From positions 27,808-91,807 of the forward strand of contig JBJMWM010000026.1 of NCBI GenBank assembly GCA_045810105.1: a stretch of DNA of 64,000 bases, written 5' to 3'. A model generated the notes under the pieces. The model was not told the origin of the DNA. It did not search any database and was given only the letters and a program-made list of their open reading frames with translations. Below, piece by piece: positions 50,133-57,811 of the stretch. Made by a program: the position numbers and the translations under genes. Numbering within the stretch: position 1 is the first letter of the stretch; the number at the start of each line of letters is the position of its first letter. Source of the stretch: Steroidobacteraceae bacterium. GTDB lineage: Bacteria; Pseudomonadota; Gammaproteobacteria; Steroidobacterales; Steroidobacteraceae.

Positions 50133-51377
50133 TCAGGGAAGAGCGTGCAGTGTCGTATTGAATAGAAAGCGGCTGCTGAATTGTGTTTGCTCACCAGCCT
50201 TCTTGCCGGCCACGGGTTGCAGCCGCGCGGAGAGCGGCTTTTTCCATTTCCAGGCGAGCGCTGCCACATCCCCGAAGATGCGCGCCATCTGCTCGACACT
50301 GATGTCCCCCGGATAAGGCACAGTATCCAGGCCCGTTCCACAGACCGCGGAGTAAGCCAGCAGATCGTCCGTGTTGATGGCGCCCTCGGCCCAACGTTGT
50401 GCCAACAGTTTGTCCTCCATGACAGGTACCATCAGCCCTGAATAACCAACCTGCTTGACCGGAACGGCCCTGACGGCCGATGTGATGATCAATGCCGCGG
50501 TCAGCGTGCCGCTCGACCCGAACGCGGCGCCGGTGTAGGTCTCGATCGCCGCGCCGATCGACACGTCACCGAGAGGAGCCGGAGTCGGATCTACCCCCAT
50601 GAATGTCCACCCGTTCGCAGCCGCAATCCGCTGGCCTATTGCCTCTGCTGCCTTGGCGTGGACAGTCAACTGGCGCGTGAGCTCCGCGACTGATCCTGAA
50701 AAATCACCGCGGGTACGCGCAAACACTTCCTGGACGACGTTGGCAGCTTCGAAGCCGATTGAGAATTGCCGCCCCGCGCCCGTATGGTAGGCGCCGGGAT
50801 AAAAGGGGCCATAGGGTTTCAACATCGCGGTAGCCGTGAAGCCGAAATTACCCTGACTATGCGGACTGTGCTCAGTCACGTAATGCACGAGTGCCGCACT
50901 CTCGCGGATCACTTTCCAGTGAATGCCGTCATCATCCGCAATGATGGTATTGGCTTGCAGATTGGGCAGCGTCGAGAGCGCCTTCTCGAGCAGCCGCATG
51001 CTGCGCGGATCATCCGTGTCACGCATCATGGCGGGCCCCAGGCTGGGAATGAAGCCCTCCTTCGATCCCAGATCATCCAAACTCTTCAGATAGGCGAGCG
51101 CCTGTGTTTCCGACTGGCCGCTGATCAACTCGGGCAGCGGTTGCGTCACGACGCGGAGCGTTTCCACCTCATAACCCTGCTTCTCGAACTCTCCCTTCAC
51201 AGCACGCAATACCACCAGGGCTGCGGCAATTTCGTGCTGCCCAGGGGCTGGCTCGAGCCGCACGAATGCCGTGATCGCCCGAACCTTAGGCCGGGTGTAG
51301 CTCTGTGCCTGTACGGTGACGCTCAGCGCGGTAGCAACCAACACCAAGAATAGTTTTCGTCGAAGACTGCGGATCAT
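50133..51377 (-). CDS. DUF711 (UPF0210) family protein with predicted signal peptide
   Basis: The internal ATG 51377 gives MIRSLRRKLFLVLVATALSVTVQAQS followed by DUF711-like sequence (KVRAITAFV...GYSGLMVPVMED...CGTGLDTVP). The upstream part of the ORF is antisense to DUF167 and non-protein-like. Confidence 0.75.
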   Translation of the reverse strand: MIRSLRRKLFLVLVATALSVTVQAQSYTRPKVRAITAFVRLEPAPGQHEIAAALVVLRAVKGEFEKQGYEVETLRVVTQPLPELISGQSETQALAYLKSLDDLGSKEGFIPSLGPAMMRDTDDPRSMRLLEKALSTLPNLQANTIIADDDGIHWKVIRESAALVHYVTEHSPHSQGNFGFTATAMLKPYGPFYPGAYHTGAGRQFSIGFEAANVVQEVFARTRGDFSGSVAELTRQLTVHAKAAEAIGQRIAAANGWTFMGVDPTPAPLGDVSIGAAIETYTGAAFGSSGTLTAALIITSAVRAVPVKQVGYSGLMVPVMEDKLLAQRWAEGAINTDDLLAYSAVCGTGLDTVPYPGDISVEQMARIFGDVAALAWKWKKPLSARLQPVAGKKAGEQTQFSSRFLFNTTLHALP

Positions 51378-51527
51378 GGACCCCCCCGGATCTGCCAGCT
51401 TCTGCCAGGGCATCATCGCATGTGCGCGCGGGATTGACACCCGCGGATGGCTGTTTTCGTGCTCACACCCAGGTGCCCGCGCTGATTTCGGGTCAATATA
51501 GGTGGGTGCTGAACCCGTACCCTGAGC

Positions 51528-51815
51528 GTGAGTCCCCTTGCCGTGCCACCCGTTCGTCTCGATGTCTACATTCAGCCGCGCGCCTCCAGAACCGAACTTG
51601 CTGGAATGCATGCGGGTGTGATCAAGATCCGTGTTGCAGCGCCTCCCGTGGAGAATGCCGCCAATCGCGCGTTGATCGATTTCGTTGCGGAGCGCCTCGG
51701 GGTTGCGAAACGCTCCGTGCGCGTCGTATCCGGAAACACGAGCCGCCGCAAGATTCTGGAAATCGACGGTGTCACGGCCGAGGTACTGGCGGCGGCACTG
51801 CGCTCGGGAGGCTGA
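51528..51815 (+). CDS. DUF167 (YggU/UPF0235) family protein
   Basis: LDVYIQPRASRTELAG...IKIRVAAPPVENAANRALIDFVAERLGV...V.SGNTSRRKILEI is the conserved YggU pattern. GTG start. Confidence 0.75.
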   Translation: MSPLAVPPVRLDVYIQPRASRTELAGMHAGVIKIRVAAPPVENAANRALIDFVAERLGVAKRSVRVVSGNTSRRKILEIDGVTAEVLAAALRSGG

Positions 51816-51907
51816 TTCCGCGAGGCTTTTCGACCGGACTGTGACCCCCCTCAACGCTGCCAACCTCACGATCGGTACCATCGGGCGTTAAGTTAATAGC
51901 GCCGAAA

Positions 51908-52579
51908 GTGGACGGTCACATGAGTGTCGAAGGTTCTGCTCTCCCAGTCGCGACACTGCGGGCCTCGGCCGGTTCCCGGGAGCGGGCCGCTATCTATTGG
52001 CCGGTCGGACTGTTCTTCGTGTCAGGCATGGCCGCGCTCCTCTACCAAGTGTGCTGGCAACGGCTGCTATTCCAATCGGTGGGTGTCGATCTGCAGTCGG
52101 TCACGATCATCGTGTCGACATTCATGTTCGGCCTGGGCCTGGGCGCCCTCGCGGGCGGTGAGCTGGCGGATTGCTACCCCGAGCGTACGCTCGCGCTTTT
52201 TGCGCTCATCGAGCTCGTCACCGGGGCATTCGGAGCTGCCAGCCCCTGGCTGCTGCGCGCGGTCGGCGCTGCCACCGTTCATTGCTCCGTTGCCGTCATT
52301 TCACTCGTGAACTTCGGCCTGCTACTGATCCCGACGACACTCATGGGCGCCACCCTGCCAATTCTCGTAACGCATGTGGTCCGGACCTTCCGCAACCTCG
52401 GTGTCTCGGTGGGCGTGCTCTACTTCTCCAATACTCTCGGAGCTGCGCTCGGAGCCTTTCTCACGGGCTTTCTGGTTTTGTACTACTGCGGTCTCACGGC
52501 GACGATCTGGATTGCGGCCGCACTGAATGTTGCGGTGAGCGTGCTCGTGTGGCTCACGATGCGAGGTGAACGTGTTTAG
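51908..52579 (+). CDS. membrane protein homologous to the N-terminal transmembrane half of fused MFS/spermidine-synthase proteins
   Basis: About 7 TM helices. LFFVSGMAALLYQVCWQRLLFQSVG...FMFGLGLGALAGGELAD motif. Start is GTG 51908 or ATG 51920. Confidence 0.65.
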   Translation: MDGHMSVEGSALPVATLRASAGSRERAAIYWPVGLFFVSGMAALLYQVCWQRLLFQSVGVDLQSVTIIVSTFMFGLGLGALAGGELADCYPERTLALFALIELVTGAFGAASPWLLRAVGAATVHCSVAVISLVNFGLLLIPTTLMGATLPILVTHVVRTFRNLGVSVGVLYFSNTLGAALGAFLTGFLVLYYCGLTATIWIAAALNVAVSVLVWLTMRGERV

Positions 52580-54125
52580 TTTTGCCTGGTGGCTGTCATT
52601 CGTCATCGGGTTTCTCAGCCTGAGCATCGAGATCGTCTGGGTACGAATCATCGGGTTCGGTTATGAAACATTGCCACCCGCGTTTTCCTTCGTCCTGGCC
52701 TGCTACCTCGTAGGAATTGCGTTCGGCGCCGCGCTGGGCAAACGACTCTGCGAGCGCAGCGAGAATCTGTACGGCGCCGCGGCGGTGATGTTGAGCCTGT
52801 CGGCGCTGGTTGACGTGCTGAGTCCCACGTACGTCAGCGGAATCGTCGCAACGAACTCAGGCCTCCTGTCGTTTCCCGCGGTGGCAATAATCTGCACGGC
52901 CGCGCTGAAAAGCACGCTGTTCCCCATCGTTCACCATCTTGGATCGGTTGCGACGGGACCGCGCGTAGGGCGCTCGGTTTCGCGGATCTATTTCGGCAAC
53001 ATCATGGGCGCGACACTGGGGCCCCTGGTGACCGGTTTTCTCGCATTCGACTATCTGAGCACCGATGAGTGCCTGGGTGTCGCCGCAGCGATCGCTCTGC
53101 TGGCGGCGGCGGCGTGTGTCCTTAAGAGCTCACGTCATCTGCTGATAGGGGTGCCATTGGCCGCCTCCATAATCGCGAGCGCCGTCGCCATGAGATCCAT
53201 CGGGCCTGGCGCCGGCTCGCTCACAACCATGGCGGCCGGCGGCAGCTCGATAAATGGCTACATGGCCAACAGCCATGGAATTATCCATACCGCACTCACC
53301 ACCCAGGGAGAATTCATTTTCGGAGGAAACGTCTACGACGGGATCGCAACCACCAATGTCGATACGAATCCGAATGGGCTCGACCGGGTATACCTGCTTG
53401 CGCTGGTTCACCCGCATGTCAAGCGAGTGCTGTCGGTAGGGCTGTCCGGCGGCGCCTGGATACGCGCCTTGCAAGGGTTTCCCGAGATCGAGACAATTGA
53501 TGTCATCGAGATCAACCCAGCCTACGTCGAGCTGGCCAGGCGCTATCCGCAGCTTGCGGGTTTTCTAAAGGATCCGCGCGTTCACATTCACATTGACGAC
53601 GGCCGCCGCTGGTTGCGGCGCAATCCCACTCTCAGGTTCGACGCCATCGTTCAGAACACGACCTACCATTGGCGTGCCAACGCAGGCAATCTCCTGTCCC
53701 GGGAGTACTTCCTGGAGTGCCGGCAGCACCTGAGCCCCGGAGGGGTCATCCTCGGCAACACCACCGGGTCCTATGATGTTTTCACGACCGTCCAGTCGGT
53801 GTTTCCCGCTGCCTATCGGTACACCAACTTCATGTTCGCATCGGATCATCCCCTGGTGAAGGATATGGCGCGGCTCTGGCAGGTTCGCCGCCCGGACGGC
53901 AAAATGTTCCAGCCCGGCGTGGCGAAGGAAGCTTCGGTGATCGGCCGGCTGGCCAGCGTGCCCATGGAGCCAGCGGCACAGTTCCTGGCGAGCCACAAAA
54001 CGACCGGCGAGATCATCACCGATGACAACCTGTTGACCGAATACCGTCACGGCCGGCGCTTCGGACCCGCGCTCCTGCAAGCCCTGCTGCCCCCAACGCC
54101 GAAGGACTTTCCGTTCATCGATTGA
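52566..54125 (+). CDS. membrane-anchored spermidine-synthase-like (PABS/SAM-MTase fold) protein
   Basis: The N-terminal TM repeat (LSIEIVWVRIIGFGYE...VGIAFGAALGKRL) is paralogous to the preceding ORF. The C-terminal VLSVGLSGGAWIRAL...IDVIEINPAYVELARRY is a SpeE-like domain. The GTG start overlaps the previous ORF by 14 nt. Confidence 0.75.
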   Translation: MNVFSFAWWLSFVIGFLSLSIEIVWVRIIGFGYETLPPAFSFVLACYLVGIAFGAALGKRLCERSENLYGAAAVMLSLSALVDVLSPTYVSGIVATNSGLLSFPAVAIICTAALKSTLFPIVHHLGSVATGPRVGRSVSRIYFGNIMGATLGPLVTGFLAFDYLSTDECLGVAAAIALLAAAACVLKSSRHLLIGVPLAASIIASAVAMRSIGPGAGSLTTMAAGGSSINGYMANSHGIIHTALTTQGEFIFGGNVYDGIATTNVDTNPNGLDRVYLLALVHPHVKRVLSVGLSGGAWIRALQGFPEIETIDVIEINPAYVELARRYPQLAGFLKDPRVHIHIDDGRRWLRRNPTLRFDAIVQNTTYHWRANAGNLLSREYFLECRQHLSPGGVILGNTTGSYDVFTTVQSVFPAAYRYTNFMFASDHPLVKDMARLWQVRRPDGKMFQPGVAKEASVIGRLASVPMEPAAQFLASHKTTGEIITDDNLLTEYRHGRRFGPALLQALLPPTPKDFPFID

Positions 54126-54152
54126 GGGCTCCTGATTCAGGTACGACTGTGC

Positions 54153-56213
54153 CTACGCGCGCCCCGTAACAGGTCGTCCGGTTGCCCTCGAACGCACGGT
54201 TGCTTCAGCGAGATAGTCATCCGCAGACCCGTGGGCTCGTCGCTCCACGACCCACGTCTCGACGTGGGGATCGCTTGCGCCAGCGCGTCGCGCAGCCGCG
54301 AGCGCGTGTTCACGAGAGACGCGCCTCGCCTCCTGGATCGCTTCGTCTGCGTCCGAGTAGTCTCTGCTGCCTACGGGATCGTGGACGCGAAAGACTTTGA
54401 AGGTCGTCTGGTTGACGAGAACCTCGCATGTTTCGGACACCACCCCGGCGACCGCGCCCACTGCATTACACACGGCTGCGTGTTCGGGCACGAAGAGTTG
54501 AGCTCCCAGGCGGCGTGCAACTTCGGGATAATACGCGCCAACGGGAGCGCCGATCGCGACCAGCGATGTCGCAAGCCTGATTCGGGCGTCGATGAGCCGC
54601 GAGAATGAACGTCCATCAACAAGATCGTCGATCAGCCTGGCCAGCGGTCCCCAGCGTCCGTTCGTCGCTTCGACGCCCGGATCGTGGGCAAGGGCACTTT
54701 CGAGAATGACACGAGTTGCCTCTCGAACCACGTGCTGATACGTCCGCTCGCAGAACCCCTCTGGCGTATCCCGCTCTTTGCGGGCTCTGGAATTACGCTC
54801 TTCCGTCGTCAGTACCGCAGCGCCAAGGCGGGCCGCCTCCACACTCCAGCCCTGCTGTCGTCCGAGCACGTGCATCGCGTCGCTCGGCGTGAATGCTGCA
54901 ATGGTCGCAAGTCCACGGTCGACCAATCGTCGCAGCGCTTCGATTCCCGGCCCCGTGCGCGCGACCTCTTCGAGACTCCGCGGAAATTCGGCGAGGGCGT
55001 CCCAAACTCTTCGCTCGAGACGTTCAAGCTGAGCGCCGGCATCGCGTCCGGGATTACGGTAAGCAAACTGCCCAGCGAAGGCGGGAGGGCGCTCCGAATT
55101 TGCAAGCTTGCGCAGCTCAATCAGTACGTCGGGAAAGTGCTCTGCCAGTAGACTCAGCGGCATAGCCTTCCGCGGACCCACCGCCAGGCGCTGGTTGCGG
55201 TCAAAGTAGACCTCGCTATCACCGCCGAGCCCGCAGGTGCGAACGTCGACTGCCTCAACCATCGTACGCCAGCCCCCGATAACAGCGCCTTCGGCGCGAA
55301 TGACGGGGCGCCCGCCGGCGACGATCGCAACGTCGGTCGTCGTTCCGCCCATATCCGCAACCGCGAAGTCCTCGAATCCGCTCAGGAACCCTGCACCCAC
55401 AACGCTTGCCGCTGGACCTGACAACACTGTCTCGACCGGGTATTCCAGGGCGACTTGGGACCTCATCAAAGTTCCGTCGCCCTTCACAATCATCAACGGA
55501 GCCGAAATCGCCTCCCGTTCGAGCACCTGGCCCAGAGCACCGAGCAGATGACGGATCTGCGGTGTCAGGCGCGCGTTGAGAGCGGCCGTCAGTGCCCGCT
55601 GTGGCGCGTCGAGGTTGGAACTCAACTCGTGGCTGCAGGTGACCGGTTTCGCGGCGCCAGACCGAACCCGATCGCGCACCCGGCGCTCGTGCGCAGGATT
55701 GCGCACCGAAAACAACCCAGCCACCGCAAAGGCCTCGACTGCCGACCCGAACTCCAGCACCGCGGCGTCAACAGCCGACTCGTCGAGCGGCTCCAACTCT
55801 TCGCCAGTGGCGTCGTGTCCGCCCCCCACGCGTACAACGACGCATCCGTCCATGCGTTTGAGACCGGAGCGTTCGACCATATTTTCATCGAAGCCCAGCA
55901 GAATTACGCAGATAGGGCTGAAGCGGTTCTCGACGACAGCGTTGGTCGCAAGCGTTGTGGACACTGATACAAGTGAAATGTGCTGCCGCCCGACACCTTC
56001 GGGAAGACCCGCAAGTACAGCGCGGATCGCGTTGCCCAGACCGATCGATAGATCCCAGGCGGTCGTCGGTGCCTTCGCGCTCGCTACGATGCGGCGGCCA
56101 TCAAGCGCGACGGCGTCTGTGTAGGTACCGCCCGTGTCCAGACCGATCCGGATCTCAGCCGCCGAACCCGTCCGCGTGCCCTCTGTATTCGCTACGTTGG
56201 AGACTCGTTCCAT
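54153..56213 (-). CDS. hydantoinase/oxoprolinase (HyuA-type) family protein
   Basis: IRIGLDTGGTYTDAVALDG ATPase motif and DMGGTTTDVA second phosphate motif. The internal ATG 56213 was chosen. Confidence 0.8.
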   Translation of the reverse strand: MERVSNVANTEGTRTGSAAEIRIGLDTGGTYTDAVALDGRRIVASAKAPTTAWDLSIGLGNAIRAVLAGLPEGVGRQHISLVSVSTTLATNAVVENRFSPICVILLGFDENMVERSGLKRMDGCVVVRVGGGHDATGEELEPLDESAVDAAVLEFGSAVEAFAVAGLFSVRNPAHERRVRDRVRSGAAKPVTCSHELSSNLDAPQRALTAALNARLTPQIRHLLGALGQVLEREAISAPLMIVKGDGTLMRSQVALEYPVETVLSGPAASVVGAGFLSGFEDFAVADMGGTTTDVAIVAGGRPVIRAEGAVIGGWRTMVEAVDVRTCGLGGDSEVYFDRNQRLAVGPRKAMPLSLLAEHFPDVLIELRKLANSERPPAFAGQFAYRNPGRDAGAQLERLERRVWDALAEFPRSLEEVARTGPGIEALRRLVDRGLATIAAFTPSDAMHVLGRQQGWSVEAARLGAAVLTTEERNSRARKERDTPEGFCERTYQHVVREATRVILESALAHDPGVEATNGRWGPLARLIDDLVDGRSFSRLIDARIRLATSLVAIGAPVGAYYPEVARRLGAQLFVPEHAAVCNAVGAVAGVVSETCEVLVNQTTFKVFRVHDPVGSRDYSDADEAIQEARRVSREHALAAARRAGASDPHVETWVVERRAHGSADDYLAEATVRSRATGRPVTGRA

Positions 56214-56310
56214 CACAATTGATACCTGGCCGATGACATTGCTGGGCAGCGGATGCGTCTTGTGGAACACTTCGCCTGCCGAGGGTATTTATACTGCAAG
56301 AGGCAATGCT

Positions 56311-56664
56311 ATGACGTACGCGCTTTTGGTGGTCGAGCCACCGGGACAACGAAGCACACGCTCGGATGCTGAAGGTCAGGAGGTTTACGGGCGCATGGTG
56401 CGCTTCAGCGAGGACTTAAAGCGACGAGGCCTGCTCACCGTGAGTCAATCGCTGAAGACTGGCGCTTCGGACGCTCGGGTTAAGTTGCGCGGAAACTCGG
56501 TGGTCATTACTGACGGCCCGTTTACCGAGGTCAATGAGGTAATCGGCGGATTCTTCCTGCTCACCTGCGAGACGCGTGAGCAGGCCCTTGAGATCGCGCG
56601 TGAGTGTCCGGCGGCACAGTGGGCGACTATAGAAGTGCGCGAATTGGGCCCCTGCTTCGCGTAA
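56311..56664 (+). CDS. YciI/DGPF family protein
   Basis: 117 aa. ITDGPFTEVNEVIGGFFLLTCETREQALEIARECP is the DGPF-domain hallmark. Confidence 0.8.
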   Translation: MTYALLVVEPPGQRSTRSDAEGQEVYGRMVRFSEDLKRRGLLTVSQSLKTGASDARVKLRGNSVVITDGPFTEVNEVIGGFFLLTCETREQALEIARECPAAQWATIEVRELGPCFA

Positions 56665-56710
56665 TCGGGCGGCCCCGCCTGAAGCGGATGCGGGCGGTTC
56701 GCGCTGCCGG

Positions 56711-57349
56711 TCAGGATCCCCGCGAGCCCATCCGAGACATCGACGGATCCGTCCCAGCCCGCAGCAATTTGACCACCGACTGCGCGGAGGGTAGCTCGTT
56801 GGTTCGCCACATGAGGCACGCGTGGCGATCGATGATTTGAACCTGGGTGGCATGCGAGGTGAACGAATCGGCTCGCGTACCGAAGAATTGCAGCAGCTGC
56901 GGGAGTCTCATCGCTTCGGGCACCGCGGCGACCCAGCCCTGCCGCGCCCCGAAACGTTCGAGCCATGCCCGCAACTGCGCCGCCGTGTCCTGAGCTGGAT
57001 CGATGCTCAACGAGAGCAGCTGCGCTCCTTCTTGCACATGCTCTGGAAAGAGACGCTGGACACGCTGAAAGATCGCTGCCTGCATGGGACAGGTCGTGGT
57101 GCAATGTGTGAAGACAAGCTGAAGTGCCGTCACCTTCTGACTGAGCAGCTCACGTAGACTAACGCGCCTGCCATCAGCCAGTTGCAATCGTGCATCTGGT
57201 ACGGTCACAGGAGGCACGATCGGTCCGTCATGCACGTTCGCCTGCTCCAAGGCGAACACCGCGCAGGGGAAACTGGCCGCGGCAGGTAGGCACACAAGGC
57301 TCCGCAACACAGCGCGCCGCTCCTGTTGTGGGTGGCGCTTCGGCGTCAT
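56711..57349 (-). CDS. SCO1/SenC family copper chaperone (thioredoxin fold)
   Basis: CxxxC copper site FTHCTTTCPMQ. ATG 57349 forms an ATGA overlap with the stop of the cytochrome c gene. Confidence 0.8.
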   Translation of the reverse strand: MTPKRHPQQERRAVLRSLVCLPAAASFPCAVFALEQANVHDGPIVPPVTVPDARLQLADGRRVSLRELLSQKVTALQLVFTHCTTTCPMQAAIFQRVQRLFPEHVQEGAQLLSLSIDPAQDTAAQLRAWLERFGARQGWVAAVPEAMRLPQLLQFFGTRADSFTSHATQVQIIDRHACLMWRTNELPSAQSVVKLLRAGTDPSMSRMGSRGS

Positions 57350-57804
57350 TGGGCCCGCTCCGTAAGAAATCTCCAGAGGGCATTGCATTCCTCGTCACTC
57401 AACTCGTATCGCGGCATCTCCACGTTGATCACGATGTACGCCGGGTCGACCCCCGCGCGCAGTAGGGAGCAAAACCGCTCACGGTCGTAGTGCGAGTTCG
57501 GGCCGCCGCGGCGTTGATGATTTGTCAGCAGCCATTGCGCGCTCAGGCGCGGGGCATTCGAATAAGGGACCGGGGCGGAGTCCCCGTACGGGTGGCAGTT
57601 CGAGCATCGCGCCGCATCGCTCGGAAGCTCGTCCGATTGCGTATACAGCCGGCCGTGTAATGGCGCAGGGCCGAGGAAAAGGCGGCTGCCGAGGCCGGTG
57701 CTACACTCACCTCTACACGGCTCAGACCGACCAATCGGCGTCCCGGCGCTCAAGAGCAGAGTCAGGACTGTAAACAACCCCGCACGATTGCCTCGAAGCC
57801 ACAT
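57346..57804 (-). CDS. monohaem c-type cytochrome, secreted
   Basis: Signal peptide. Single CxxCH site (CSNCH). The start lies 7 nt after the stop of the galactose-oxidase-like gene. Confidence 0.65.
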   Translation of the reverse strand: MWLRGNRAGLFTVLTLLLSAGTPIGRSEPCRGECSTGLGSRLFLGPAPLHGRLYTQSDELPSDAARCSNCHPYGDSAPVPYSNAPRLSAQWLLTNHQRRGGPNSHYDRERFCSLLRAGVDPAYIVINVEMPRYELSDEECNALWRFLTERAQ

Positions 57805-57811
57805 GACAGGC

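Noticed and set aside
51378-51881. N-terminal 168 codons of ORF 50133..51881
   Set aside because: This part is antisense to the DUF167 gene and has no family similarity. DUF711 homology and a signal peptide begin at ATG 51377.
52560-52580. Programmed +1 frameshift at GTT TAG T joining the two spermidine-synthase-like ORFs
   Set aside because: The context superficially resembles the prfB CTT TGA C site. However, a Val-tRNA on GTT cannot re-pair on TTT, and no upstream Shine-Dalgarno-like stimulator is evident. An ordinary GTG restart or an indel is more parsimonious.
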